Shown here: piece by piece, positions 8,832-19,365 of the stretch | Layout of the letters: the number at the start of each line of letters is the position of its first letter | Position numbering within the stretch: the stretch's first letter is position 1 | DNA from: Klebsiella phage vB_KpM_FBKp34 | Sequence record: MW394390.1 | Direction: 5' to 3' (one strand) | DNA: 64,000 bases | Position numbers and translations under genes: made by a program | The notes under the pieces: model-generated | Seen by the model: only the letters and a program-made list of their open reading frames with translations | Databases searched by the model: none | What the model was told of the DNA's origin: nothing

Positions 8832-11800
8832 TCACTCCCCGCCCGCGATAGCGGCTTCTATTCTCTCCAACCTTCTGCGCTGATACGCAGCCTCCATAGC
8901 ATTACATTCATTCATAACAAGCCGCCATTCACCTCCTGCTGGTATCGCTTCTTTGGTAACTCGCGATCCTGCCGGGCGCACAAGGACCTGCATCTCATCA
9001 GAGATCTTAACCCCCTGCTCATCGTACTGCGCCGGAATGGTTTCGTACTCATCGTCCCATGACTCCACCTGCTCAGGCTGGGCGTCCCATTCATTGCGTA
9101 CAAGCAACGCCCATTCGGTAGCGTCCTCCCCTGCGGCTTCGAATGCTTCAATAATGTCCTGAGCAATATAGCCCACATGCCAGCGCGCACTATCTTCCCC
9201 CTTCCTAGCAATAGCCCAGTCATACTTAAACCGCTTGATACTGATTGTTCCCCAGATATCAAGGATCTTATCCGGTATCCCTTCCCGTACAGGCTTACGG
9301 TCGCGGTCTGAAACAACAGTTACCGCATTCTGGGCGTAGATGTTTTTGACCGTATTACCCGGGGAGCCTATATCCCAGGTATTTGTCGCGCTGAAACCAA
9401 TATTCCCACCGAAGACAAGAGCCGAGGCGTTAAGACCAAGTGAGGTTCCGTATGCGTTTATATCGGCGGATTTAGTGGTGGCACCTCCGACATAAAATTC
9501 AACGGTACGTGTACTTGTCGACCCAGCGTTATACCCGAAGCGCATTGTAGTACCACGCAGGGTGAAACTGCCGTTTGCTGTCAAGGCGTCTGCGGTGTAG
9601 TCTCGGCGATAAGTACGCGCTGTTAGTGTCCGCTGGTTGATATTCAGAGTATCGCCAACAGCTCCAACAACCGCATCAAGGACGTACTGCCCGCTAAGAG
9701 TTCCATCAGTTTTCAGGTTACGCTTATGGATACGGGTTTCACCAGTATATCCAGTGGACGAACCTCCGGTAATATTCAGAGGAACCCCCATGAAAACGTA
9801 TGGCTTATATGCAGCTGGTACGTCTACGGTTGTCCGACTATTAGTGGAGTCAACCTCAACAACATTTACGGTAAACTCCTTGGCGAAGAAGGAACCAATA
9901 CTATTACCACCTTTGATGATTAACGGCAGATTCGTAAAGCCATAATCCTCGTAAACAGTGGTTGCGAACTTGTAATTTGTGTTCGCCCGCTGGTGTGCCG
10001 TCCAGGGGTAAATGACATCCTCGGGCATGAAGATACCACCACCAACCTTTTTGAACAGGTTATATTTAAACCCGTTACTTGGATTGACGTGGCCCCATAC
10101 ACATAAGTCTGACGTCTCAGGACGATAATCCAGTCCGACAGGGAATACCGGAATACCACCAGTGAACGCCTGAACGGCCTTGAGAATAATGGGAGTGGTG
10201 TCAGGGATAGTAAACTGCAACGACTGCTGACTACCCGCTGTACCTACACCGTCATTGTTGTTCCATTTCAAGTTCTGGATAATCGCCATCTTATAGCCAT
10301 TACCATAATCAATGGCCATTTCCGCGCGGGCAAAGAACAGGTTCTGGTTGTACCCGGCATCTGCGGAATTCTGGTCAATGTTGGCATTAGTCCAGATAGC
10401 GATGTTGGACAGGTCAAAACTTCCGGTCAGGTCTTTGTACCAGATACAGATATTACTGTGCATCGCAGGCGACAAAACTGGCAGTTGCAGGATGCCATTC
10501 GCCGCCATCAACCCATACGGAGAGAACATCTCCTTGGTGGTTTTGTGCCCGCGCATACTATCCACATCTGGCGGATTTGGATAAGTGGTGTTTGTGCTGT
10601 ACATCACACCATAGGTGCCGTATTTGAAGTCAAACCCGCCATGTGGGAATGCGCCAGTATCGTGTGTCGGACTACCGAAGCGAACGAAGTCAATGCCGTT
10701 GGTTGACGGGTACGAACCGTATCCGGCTGGCGGCACCCAGTTCTCATTAGCATCATAATACCCAAATGCGCCTGGCTCGAAAGTCAGGTACTTATAGGTT
10801 CGGTCAGGACGATACTGTGAACCGATACAGTCGATATTTAAACCGAAACCTTTCTCGTTGCCATCGTTCCACCACTTGTTAAGGATTGTAACGTAGGACG
10901 GGGTGTCTTCCATATAACAAGCCGAATAGACGGAACCACGAGCGGCGGTAGCGATGACGGATTTGTTCGGTTTGCGTTCAGTCGGGTTGTACGCCGGGAT
11001 ACTGAGATATGTCCCTGAACAATGGAAACCATGTCCAGTTTCGATCAAGTAATAATCACATTGCTGACCGCTTACGGATGATGTCCAACGCCCGTTATTA
11101 GAGATCGTTCCGCCAATCCACTGACACCAGTCGATGTGCAATCGAACACAACAGTAACGCGCCGTGCTGATATATAGATTTTTGAAGACACACCCGTAGA
11201 AGTTGCCAATCTTCTCTGGGAGAACACTAGATTTGTATGGGATGATATCGCTGGACATCACGCCATCTTCATCAATACGGACCTGCATCCCGACTAGGTT
11301 GACACGGAAATTTTCTACGCGGATGTCTTCAAAAGAACAGTACCACGGGTTAAGTGCCAGTATACCGATACCAGCAGTACAATCAGCATCCAGCGTACCA
11401 GGTACATGGTCGCCAATAATCTTCCCACCAGTCATCTGTGTGAAGCCCAGACTTACCGATTCCCAGTAGAGCTTGTTTCCGAGCGCCGTGTACACCTCTT
11501 CCACGTCTTCTACAGAGTGCTCAAATCCGTTAAGGTACTCACCAGTAACCTGGAATTTACGGGAGGCGCTGGCCTTGACGTAAATCGTGGACGCGCCGAG
11601 ATTGTAGATGACGTTGGAACGTAGCTTCGCAGCCTCTTTCCCGATACGCCACAACCCAGATGAAATATTGAACGTGATTACAGAGTAGGTGCTCTGGTCA
11701 TTGATGTTATTACCGGGCTGCATCCACAGCGGGAGTACGCTGATGATGCCGTTAACTGCCTGCCCTAAGCATACAAAATCATCAGTATCAGCTTGTGCCT

Positions 11801-12434
11801 CAGCATAGTCCGCGACTTCCTTGGCGCCGTTGGCTTTGGGGCTGATAATACCCATACCGACACCTACCTGAAGCTGGTATTCAACACCATTGGCGTTATA
11901 GATTTTTGCTTCAGTGATGACGTGAGTTCCGGCTTTTGAGGCGTCAGTGTTTCCAGTGGCTACCCATATGCCATCCCCGCCATCATTAGGTGTATAAAAA
12001 CCTCTTACACGTATTTCATCAAAAATACTAGGTAATGTAAAAATATCTATCGCAGAATCCACAGTAAACGTATAAGGAAACGAATAAAGTTTCCAGTTTG
12101 CGTCCCCTACTGGGGTATCTCCCATCAAAATTGGATTTGTGGCTGTGGCTGTAGGTGCATAATACCAACCTTTATTGATATTATCTGTGTCATAAACATA
12201 GAGTTGGTTAAAGACTGTATTAGTATTTCCTGGATTCCATTGAATCGGATTTTTGAAATAAAAATTATCAATTAAAGCTTTTCTTAATGTAGGGATATCA
12301 CCGCTCTCGGTGCTTACAACTGAAGTTGCATCCCCATTAATTACATCCCCAAGCTGGTTACTGGAGTATATTGTAAGATCTACAGCTTGGTCAAATGACG
12401 TAGCAGGGTATTGTGGAAAATTATCTGCCATCAT
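8832..12434 (-). CDS. long tail fibre or tailspike with a C-terminal S74 self-cleaving chaperone domain
   Basis: 1200 aa. The C-terminal VSDRDRKPV...WHVGYIAQDIIEAFEAAG matches the endosialidase-type intramolecular chaperone. The C-terminal two thirds are visibly GC-richer than the N-terminal third. Confidence 0.8.
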   Translation of the reverse strand: MMADNFPQYPATSFDQAVDLTIYSSNQLGDVINGDATSVVSTESGDIPTLRKALIDNFYFKNPIQWNPGNTNTVFNQLYVYDTDNINKGWYYAPTATATNPILMGDTPVGDANWKLYSFPYTFTVDSAIDIFTLPSIFDEIRVRGFYTPNDGGDGIWVATGNTDASKAGTHVITEAKIYNANGVEYQLQVGVGMGIISPKANGAKEVADYAEAQADTDDFVCLGQAVNGIISVLPLWMQPGNNINDQSTYSVITFNISSGLWRIGKEAAKLRSNVIYNLGASTIYVKASASRKFQVTGEYLNGFEHSVEDVEEVYTALGNKLYWESVSLGFTQMTGGKIIGDHVPGTLDADCTAGIGILALNPWYCSFEDIRVENFRVNLVGMQVRIDEDGVMSSDIIPYKSSVLPEKIGNFYGCVFKNLYISTARYCCVRLHIDWCQWIGGTISNNGRWTSSVSGQQCDYYLIETGHGFHCSGTYLSIPAYNPTERKPNKSVIATAARGSVYSACYMEDTPSYVTILNKWWNDGNEKGFGLNIDCIGSQYRPDRTYKYLTFEPGAFGYYDANENWVPPAGYGSYPSTNGIDFVRFGSPTHDTGAFPHGGFDFKYGTYGVMYSTNTTYPNPPDVDSMRGHKTTKEMFSPYGLMAANGILQLPVLSPAMHSNICIWYKDLTGSFDLSNIAIWTNANIDQNSADAGYNQNLFFARAEMAIDYGNGYKMAIIQNLKWNNNDGVGTAGSQQSLQFTIPDTTPIILKAVQAFTGGIPVFPVGLDYRPETSDLCVWGHVNPSNGFKYNLFKKVGGGIFMPEDVIYPWTAHQRANTNYKFATTVYEDYGFTNLPLIIKGGNSIGSFFAKEFTVNVVEVDSTNSRTTVDVPAAYKPYVFMGVPLNITGGSSTGYTGETRIHKRNLKTDGTLSGQYVLDAVVGAVGDTLNINQRTLTARTYRRDYTADALTANGSFTLRGTTMRFGYNAGSTSTRTVEFYVGGATTKSADINAYGTSLGLNASALVFGGNIGFSATNTWDIGSPGNTVKNIYAQNAVTVVSDRDRKPVREGIPDKILDIWGTISIKRFKYDWAIARKGEDSARWHVGYIAQDIIEAFEAAGEDATEWALLVRNEWDAQPEQVESWDDEYETIPAQYDEQGVKISDEMQVLVRPAGSRVTKEAIPAGGEWRLVMNECNAMEAAYQRRRLERIEAAIAGGE

Positions 12435-12916
12435 ATCTCCTTAAAGTGTGAGGCAATAGCAAGTATGTAGTTACATGCTGCAAAAGTTAGCCAAAAATTT
12501 GTTCTTTTATCTATTCTTTTTAATACAGTCAAAAGATAGGTAATTAAAATCTCGTTTGCATAAGCAGAAGAATGTTTACAAAACACGTAAAGATAATAAC
12601 TTAATGAATCATCTCTTTGTATAAAGAAATCAATTGCAAGTATAAACATTGGATTTAATAATGTGAGGGTTACAGCAAAAGAAAATACCAATCTTAGTCT
12701 AATATCTTTTACAAAAGGTAATCCTATAAACATTAAAATCATTTCTACAAATGTTATACTAATTAAATACTCAATGGGTGAAACTAATAAATCATAAAGT
12801 ATAGTGTCAAACAGGTAGTCGAGACACAAAATGATAAAAACAATTTTAATATTTGTATCTTTAATCAAAAAGATCCCTAAGAGGTATATTAGAAGATACT
12901 GTTCATACAATAACAT
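12431..12916 (-). CDS. polytopic membrane protein (about 4 TM helices)
   Basis: Very hydrophobic 161-aa ORF set inside the tail-fibre gene block. Confidence 0.4.
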   Translation of the reverse strand: MLLYEQYLLIYLLGIFLIKDTNIKIVFIILCLDYLFDTILYDLLVSPIEYLISITFVEMILMFIGLPFVKDIRLRLVFSFAVTLTLLNPMFILAIDFFIQRDDSLSYYLYVFCKHSSAYANEILITYLLTVLKRIDKRTNFWLTFAACNYILAIASHFKEI

Positions 12917-12945
12917 CTTACCTCCTAGTTATTCTACATGAAAAA

Positions 12946-13284
12946 TCACTTTTTATCAATAAGTTTAGATAACATATCCTTGACAGGACCAATTTTTAGG
13001 TCCATAGTTTTCTCGATTCTTGTTTCCAACGTATTATTACTTTTTTCTAGATTCATTAAAAATTCTTGGAATAGATCACGCATTTGGTCTTGAGTTACAA
13101 ATGAGGATTCCATCTTAATAATTTTCTTTTCCAAGTCTGAATTTGCCATATTAAGCTTTTCAATATCTGAATCCATTCGAGACAACTTTTGTTGAAATAT
13201 TGCATAGATTAAACCTAATACAGGGAAGACTGCTACTTTAACAATATCCCAAAGAATAGGCCAAGATAACATATTAACCTCCAA
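12946..13284 (-). CDS. membrane-anchored coiled-coil protein (holin- or spanin-like?)
   Basis: N-terminal TM helix followed by a charged coiled-coil. Confidence 0.4.
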   Translation of the reverse strand: MEVNMLSWPILWDIVKVAVFPVLGLIYAIFQQKLSRMDSDIEKLNMANSDLEKKIIKMESSFVTQDQMRDLFQEFLMNLEKSNNTLETRIEKTMDLKIGPVKDMLSKLIDKK

Positions 13285-13762
13285 TGTTTTCTGTCAGAAC
13301 AGGAGGATCAATGCTACCATCCCCAGTTGATATATAAGATCTTAATTTTTTCCTGTAGTCTGTAAGTGAAGATTTAGCAGTTTGCAATTCTTCTTCACTT
13401 AGTTCTTCAAAATCCTGATCTTGTAATCTGTCAACATAATCTTGAATAGTTTTAGACACAGATTCATACTGCTCTTGAGCTTTATTAAGATTTGCTTTAT
13501 TCTTTATTTTCTTTTCTGCTTCAATCTGTTCAGTGCTTTGAGTCCATTTTAAACTATCTTTGTTGAAGGAGTAATATGGACTGGGTTTTGCTGTATCAGA
13601 TAGAGTTATGTCATTACCTTCAATCATTGCAAAAAAGCCTTGATTAATTTTATCTAAAGTGTCTAACCATACAATCTCATCAATAGTGATGACATCTGTA
13701 GGCAGCGATACATACTCTAAAGTTTCATCATAAAAAGCTTGAGTTTTTTCACTAAATAACAT
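13274..13762 (-). CDS. tail fibre assembly protein (Tfa-like)
   Basis: 162 aa directly downstream of a tail fibre gene, with Tfa-like composition. Confidence 0.5.
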   Translation of the reverse strand: MLFSEKTQAFYDETLEYVSLPTDVITIDEIVWLDTLDKINQGFFAMIEGNDITLSDTAKPSPYYSFNKDSLKWTQSTEQIEAEKKIKNKANLNKAQEQYESVSKTIQDYVDRLQDQDFEELSEEELQTAKSSLTDYRKKLRSYISTGDGSIDPPVLTENIGG

Positions 13763-13763
13763 A

Positions 13764-14792
13764 TTATCTCCCTATTGCAATCCAATAACATGGCTGTGCA
13801 ATGCTAAAATCTTGTCCAGAGTTACTATCACCCCATAAAGAAAAGCCTGTTGTTGTGCCATTTACACAAGCTAGGACTGTAATATTTCCTGTAGAGGTAT
13901 TCATCTGATTCAGCTTAGGATTAGCATTAATAGAATATACAGCATTAGGGAAAGTAATAGGAAATGTCACACCTACACTAGTTTGAGCTGAACCTGATGT
14001 TGTAGGCAGTGTTACAGAACCCCATTGAATAATAGTGCCAGTATTTACATCTTTCCAGTAACCATTAGTTGCAAATGATGCGGTACTCTTAGAATCAATA
14101 TAACTTCTTAATGTACCATCTAAATTACTTATTTGTCCATCAACATAATCTTTTCTTGTGAGATCTGCATTATCTGTACCTTGTGTACTTCTTGATCGAG
14201 GAGAAGTTAATTCTACCCTACCTGCATATAGAACAATTTCAGATGTTTTTGCAGTTGGTGTTCCTTTATAGATAGTAATAACATCGCCTGTTCTATCCCA
14301 CGCAAAAGAACCTCTTTGAGTATTACTAGCTGCTTGATCATAAATTCTATAATCAAAGTTTTGCCCTGCTGGGGCATATCCATAAAAGTTTTGTAGTGCT
14401 CCAAATCCACCACCACTATCTCTTTTTACAAGAGTATTTGGAGTAGGGTCAGAAGTTGCTGCATTTAAGGTTGCAGAGGATAGAGTCACAGAAGTAACTG
14501 CATCACCATTCCAAGTAGCAGTTCCTGAAATATCCCCTTCAAAGGTTAATTGTGTACCATCTTTAGGTAAATACACATCAGGAAGTCCTGCAATAACTTC
14601 ATCGTTTAAATATCTAATCCATTGACCAAGATTATTTAGTTCCCAGTTGAATTCTTCTGCACTAGGGATTTGACCTTTATCCCAGCCAATAGTTAAAAGG
14701 CTATTCTTAGGTCTAACCTTATTCGTTTGTCCTGTAGAAGGCAGTGTAGTGTCTTCTGTAGCCCAATCAGGATAGTATGTAGGTTGTGCCAT
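13764..14792 (-). CDS. tail fibre protein
   Basis: N-terminal GWDKGQIPSAEEFNWELNNLGQWIRYL is the conserved phage tail-fibre or collar N-terminal motif. Confidence 0.65.
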   Translation of the reverse strand: MAQPTYYPDWATEDTTLPSTGQTNKVRPKNSLLTIGWDKGQIPSAEEFNWELNNLGQWIRYLNDEVIAGLPDVYLPKDGTQLTFEGDISGTATWNGDAVTSVTLSSATLNAATSDPTPNTLVKRDSGGGFGALQNFYGYAPAGQNFDYRIYDQAASNTQRGSFAWDRTGDVITIYKGTPTAKTSEIVLYAGRVELTSPRSRSTQGTDNADLTRKDYVDGQISNLDGTLRSYIDSKSTASFATNGYWKDVNTGTIIQWGSVTLPTTSGSAQTSVGVTFPITFPNAVYSINANPKLNQMNTSTGNITVLACVNGTTTGFSLWGDSNSGQDFSIAQPCYWIAIGR

Positions 14793-14804
14793 TATATCTC
14801 CTTT

Positions 14805-15428
14805 TTAAGGTGTGGCGGTTAATAGTGAAGGTAAATGCCCACCATATGAATTCTCATCAAATACAGAACCAAATCCTTGGAAAACATCCGATGGTGTTTC
14901 ATCATAGACTGATCCAAAACCAAAAGGTGTCCCTGATTTCAATAGAAGTCTGTAACTACTAAGAATTGGGAAAATCTCTGTTAATTCCTCTTCTGCTTTT
15001 TCTGCATTTAAACATCCTTCATAAAATGCAATATCAAAAGATTTTTGACTACCAATATAAATATTTATACTTTGTTCATCTACTCCGGTAAACCTAACTA
15101 AAAGATCTATAATCTCTGGCATAGTTCCAGAAGTTTTAGTTCTATAAGATCTTATTTTTAGTACGTTTCTGTAATCATCATCAGAAGACCCATTTCTAGG
15201 AACCCCTAATTCCTCTCCGATATTATCAAGAACAATCCCTGTTCCTGTATCTATCGTTCTATTTTTACCCAAAAAGATAACTTCGTCATCTATTTGCTTT
15301 TTCATACTAGCAATAACTTGCAAAAGCTTGACAAGATTATCAGATCCTTTAAACTGTTCTAAAAGTAAATCAAAGGTATCTTTTACATAATCAGGATTAT
15401 ATTGGATATGGTCAACACTGTTAGCCAT
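14805..15428 (-). CDS. baseplate or tail protein (gpI-like by position)
   Basis: Position between the baseplate J-like gene and the tail fibre. Confidence 0.4.
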   Translation of the reverse strand: MANSVDHIQYNPDYVKDTFDLLLEQFKGSDNLVKLLQVIASMKKQIDDEVIFLGKNRTIDTGTGIVLDNIGEELGVPRNGSSDDDYRNVLKIRSYRTKTSGTMPEIIDLLVRFTGVDEQSINIYIGSQKSFDIAFYEGCLNAEKAEEELTEIFPILSSYRLLLKSGTPFGFGSVYDETPSDVFQGFGSVFDENSYGGHLPSLLTATP

Positions 15429-15437
15429 GTGACCTCC

Positions 15438-16922
15438 TTAAATCACTTGTTCAAACGAAACATTTTCTGTAGAGATGGCTGCAATTTCAGAAAACGCTGG
15501 AGTAATGTCTGAAGTAGAGAAACTTGAATCAGGATCAGATGCTTTTTTAGTTTGAACTTCTAAATAACTTAATCTTCCAAAAGTAATAGAACTAAAAACA
15601 ACACTTTGTAATTGAACATTAAATATAGTTGTCCCAATCTCAAAAGATGAAGCCAGATTAACAAAGTTATTTTGGATAACTGTTTGTTCTTCTGCTGTCA
15701 ATGGAGAATCATCTACTGTTCTGTATCTTACTCTAATACTATATTCAGTTTCACTAGCAGGAGTATATTTTATAACTTCAATACCACCATCTGGAAGCGC
15801 TTGATTATAACTGACTGTACCTGATGTCAGAGTATTAATAGGTTTTTTATTATATAATGTAGTTGCAATTTCTTGAGGATCACCACCTAGCACTACTGTA
15901 TTAAATGTAAATGCTGGGGCTTCTGGTGTATCATTAATAGTTGGATTATCATAGATTCTAACTTTCTCAACACCGTCTAAATCAGAAATAGCTTTATAAA
16001 TTGCTGGTCTTGTTGCAGCATTTGATTCATCAATAACATCGTTAAATCTTGCTCTATACTCTGCATCTGTTTCAACATCACGACCCGGATAAAACTCAGT
16101 AAAGTTACCTACAGCAAGTTGACCTGTGATTGAAGGTGTTATACTAACAATTCCACCAGGAAAAACATCATAAACCCCAGTCTCAGTTGCTGTTACAGGA
16201 ATAAGACTCCACTTAGTTCCTACGTTAACTGTTGCATAGAATTTAACAGAAGAATTTAAACCAACAGGATTGGTTAAATCTGTACTATTAAATCCTACAT
16301 ATAAAGTATTATTCTGAACAAAAACTTTACTGGTCTCAGATGATGCAACGTTAGAAGATATAAAAGTTGCCAGATCTGTCATCAATGTTGAAGAGTTTGT
16401 TGCAAAAGTCGCAGTATTTAAGGCTCCACTAACTACATTTGTAATATAGAATGTAATGGATGTCCCAGCGGCAGTCAATTGCGATTTAGTAACCGTGTAA
16501 GCAGCAATACGATCACGTAATGCTGTTTCTATAGATACCTGGTATGTTTGACCACTAGATGATCTAAAAGATGTTGACAGCGGAATACTTGTCGTCCATA
16601 ATGCAGTATTATTTGTCTTAATGAAGGCATAACCATTCCCGGCTGCACTTGTCTTTCTAAATATACTACGTCTTGAGAGGATTTCATCCAGATAAATACC
16701 TTCTGCACCATTCAAAGTTTGGCTATTATAAACAGCTTGCAATCCTTGCCAAGTATAGATATCCTGAAATGCAAAGATACTCAGAAACTGTCCTATAACA
16801 GAAGAGTCTCCTATGTTTACATCACTCCCAAATGTTGCCCTTGCGTTTTCATAATATGCAGATCTCCAGTCATCATAAGAAGGCATTATGAAACCGAAAT
16901 CCTTTAATCCAAAGTCACTCAT
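15438..16922 (-). CDS. baseplate wedge protein (J/gp6-like by position and size)
   Basis: 494 aa immediately downstream of the gp25-like gene. Confidence 0.45.
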   Translation of the reverse strand: MSDFGLKDFGFIMPSYDDWRSAYYENARATFGSDVNIGDSSVIGQFLSIFAFQDIYTWQGLQAVYNSQTLNGAEGIYLDEILSRRSIFRKTSAAGNGYAFIKTNNTALWTTSIPLSTSFRSSSGQTYQVSIETALRDRIAAYTVTKSQLTAAGTSITFYITNVVSGALNTATFATNSSTLMTDLATFISSNVASSETSKVFVQNNTLYVGFNSTDLTNPVGLNSSVKFYATVNVGTKWSLIPVTATETGVYDVFPGGIVSITPSITGQLAVGNFTEFYPGRDVETDAEYRARFNDVIDESNAATRPAIYKAISDLDGVEKVRIYDNPTINDTPEAPAFTFNTVVLGGDPQEIATTLYNKKPINTLTSGTVSYNQALPDGGIEVIKYTPASETEYSIRVRYRTVDDSPLTAEEQTVIQNNFVNLASSFEIGTTIFNVQLQSVVFSSITFGRLSYLEVQTKKASDPDSSFSTSDITPAFSEIAAISTENVSFEQVI

Positions 16923-17238
16923 TATTTACGTCCTTACCTTTAGGTCTAGGCTCTTGATCGTCTTCAGTTTGATTAAAATCTCCGTAACGATACTTCATTA
17001 ATTTACTTGCAAGATTAGGAGTAACTACGATACATGCATAAATCCATGCATACCATTCAGGCAATCCTATGAAAAAGCCAAAGTAAATAAATACTGCGGT
17101 CATACATAGAAAACCAACATTACTCCAAAACCTTGTATGTGAATATTGCCCACCAGGTCTAAAGGCAAATAAAAAAGATTTTAAAAAATTTATCATTTGC
17201 ACCTCTAAACTATCCCCAGTTATTCCACCAAGTTGCAT
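16915..17238 (-). CDS. small membrane protein in the baseplate cluster
   Basis: Two TM helices. Fills an otherwise 288-bp gap. The true start may be the internal MINFLK. Confidence 0.3.
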   Translation of the reverse strand: MQLGGITGDSLEVQMINFLKSFLFAFRPGGQYSHTRFWSNVGFLCMTAVFIYFGFFIGLPEWYAWIYACIVVTPNLASKLMKYRYGDFNQTEDDQEPRPKGKDVNNE

Positions 17239-17734
17239 AAGTGTTTATAGGTAGACCATTAAAATTAATAAACTCGTATAGTTTATTCACATAAGTTATT
17301 TGATCACCTAATCCACAATCAATATGAGGGTTATCATCACCAAAATCTGGGTATTCCCATTCAGCCTGTGGAGAAATTTCTGCATCAACAAAAATAACAC
17401 CGTCGTCTGTTACTACAGCAACTTTTAGATCATAAATTCTTAATTGTCTATCCCATGTAGATGAGAAGGAATCAATAGAGTTAACTCCTTCTTCTTGTCT
17501 AATTTCATTAAGAAAAATTGTATCTACATCTTTTTTATTACGGGCTTTACCTATAATCTCTTGTTGATAGGGTATCCCATAATCTTGGTTTATAAACCAC
17601 TCAGTTTCAAAAGTATTAAGTCTTATTTTCAATCTTTGACCTAACTCTTCGTCTTTCTTAGATGTAAAAGTTAAATCTTGATCCACAAAAATAAGATCAT
17701 TTGTATCCTTATCAAGTTTAAAATCAAAACTCAT
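17210..17734 (-). CDS. baseplate wedge protein, gp25/GPW family
   Basis: EELGQRLKIRLNTFETEWFINQDYGIPY matches the GPW/gp25 core motif. Confidence 0.6.
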   Translation of the reverse strand: MSFDFKLDKDTNDLIFVDQDLTFTSKKDEELGQRLKIRLNTFETEWFINQDYGIPYQQEIIGKARNKKDVDTIFLNEIRQEEGVNSIDSFSSTWDRQLRIYDLKVAVVTDDGVIFVDAEISPQAEWEYPDFGDDNPHIDCGLGDQITYVNKLYEFINFNGLPINTYATWWNNWG

Positions 17735-17736
17735 AA

Positions 17737-18390
17737 TTAACTCCCAAGTGGATTAGTACTGCTTCCACCACTCTCAACACCACCATGGGTATGTTTATCA
17801 ACAACAGAACCATCTACAAGTGTTAATTGTCCAGTAGGAGATATTTTTAAACCATTTAAGTTAATAGTTCCATCCGAACCCATTTCAATTTTCCCCCCAG
17901 AATTTTCAATAATAATTGTTCCATCTGGATATAAGGTAAATTTAGATTGATCATTAGCAATGACCAAATTTTCACTATCTATTTCTGTTGAACTATTTCC
18001 AGCAGATAAACATGGTATAATCGCAATAGGATATAAACCTAAATAAGTTCTCTGTGCAGGTTCACTTAAATTGTCACCATTATTTCCAGAAAGGAAGTTA
18101 GATGGGTCTCTTTCAGAGAAGACCACTAACACTGTATCACCAGGTTTAATAGGGAAAGTAATTTTTGCTTTACCACCATTACCAGATTGTACTACAATAG
18201 GAATATCTAACAATTCTGGATAGGGTATTGTTTTACTTGTACCTATGGCAGTTTTCACAAGTGGTTGTGCAGATCCTTTCCCTGAGCCATAGTTAATAGA
18301 AGTTAATCTCGCCGGAACTGCTGTATGGACATCTGCCAGTTTGCTTGTGATCAGATCTCCTAATGTTGTTGTAAATCTATCTGGATTCAC
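17737..18390 (-). CDS. baseplate spike or assembly protein (gpV-like)
   Basis: Position and size. Glycine-rich beta-rich C-terminus. Confidence 0.4.
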   Translation of the reverse strand: MNPDRFTTTLGDLITSKLADVHTAVPARLTSINYGSGKGSAQPLVKTAIGTSKTIPYPELLDIPIVVQSGNGGKAKITFPIKPGDTVLVVFSERDPSNFLSGNNGDNLSEPAQRTYLGLYPIAIIPCLSAGNSSTEIDSENLVIANDQSKFTLYPDGTIIIENSGGKIEMGSDGTINLNGLKISPTGQLTLVDGSVVDKHTHGGVESGGSSTNPLGS

Positions 18391-19356
18391 TTAAGCCCCC
18401 TGTTTTGATATAGTAGCATCTATTGGAACTGCTTCTACACGGGTTGTCCACTCAGACTCTTCATAACTTCCTTTATGAGTAACTTTTGTGACTCTAAATG
18501 CACCGTCATAGCCCCTGGCCTTGACATAAATTGTAGAATCAGGAATAATAGCACCATCAAGTTGACACTCCAAAGATATACCGTTTGCAGGTGTTTTATT
18601 CTTTTTAGATTTTTTCTCACTCTGACTTAATGGCTCTGGTCCCTGTTTGAGTCCCGTCTCATCTGACAAATACGCAGATTGCTGAGTTAATCTTTTATTA
18701 TTAGGTAACACATAAATAGAGCCGTCTTGAATTGAATAAGAGTGGTTAATCCCACTGGCAAGATTTCCTAATTGATTAGATGTTCCACCTACAAAAGAAA
18801 CAGGCGTTGTAGTTGTAGGCACAGAAGAGTCTATTTCAATTCTACCTACAGGAGTTCCTAAATCTTTTGCTAGGTCATTAAAGATTTGATCATATGTTGT
18901 CCCAGCAGGGTACGTCCTTGACGTTAGTGCCTCTTTTACATTCACAGCACCATCTGCACATTTAAGTGTAGTTTGTCTTGTTTCTCTTTCCCATTTATCA
19001 ATTATTTTTGCAACAGTGCCTTTAAATACAGTTTTAACTTCTCCAACCCAGCCAGCTTCTAAAATTAGAACCAAATAGTTTTCAATATTAGTTTTAATAT
19101 AATTTACAAGGTTATCATCTAAGTTAAATATTGTTATCTCAGTACTATTAGGTTCTTTATTATTATCTTTCTTTATTGTAAAGGAAATTTGATGAGTTGT
19201 CAACTCATAAGCATTTGTTCTTCCTTTAGAATCCTGAATATTTTTATCCAAATCAACAGGCACTGTGAAGGAAGAATTTGTGGATAAATTTTGTGATAAA
19301 GGTACACCAGTACCAAATCTTAACCTGTACTGATGAAGAAATCTATAATTTTCCAT
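18391..19356 (-). CDS. baseplate hub-like protein
   Basis: Position only. Confidence 0.35.
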   Translation of the reverse strand: MENYRFLHQYRLRFGTGVPLSQNLSTNSSFTVPVDLDKNIQDSKGRTNAYELTTHQISFTIKKDNNKEPNSTEITIFNLDDNLVNYIKTNIENYLVLILEAGWVGEVKTVFKGTVAKIIDKWERETRQTTLKCADGAVNVKEALTSRTYPAGTTYDQIFNDLAKDLGTPVGRIEIDSSVPTTTTPVSFVGGTSNQLGNLASGINHSYSIQDGSIYVLPNNKRLTQQSAYLSDETGLKQGPEPLSQSEKKSKKNKTPANGISLECQLDGAIIPDSTIYVKARGYDGAFRVTKVTHKGSYEESEWTTRVEAVPIDATISKQGA

Positions 19357-19365
19357 TTAAGTTCC

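Noticed and set aside
9637-11624. Several 60-100 aa ORFs on both strands inside the 1200-aa tail fibre gene
   Set aside because: GC-rich DNA gives long alternative frames. The S74-containing frame is continuous across the region.
16529-16907. ORFs 16529..16711 (-) and 16719..16907 (+) inside the baseplate J-like gene
   Set aside because: Nested or antisense frames without an SD. The 494-aa frame is continuous.
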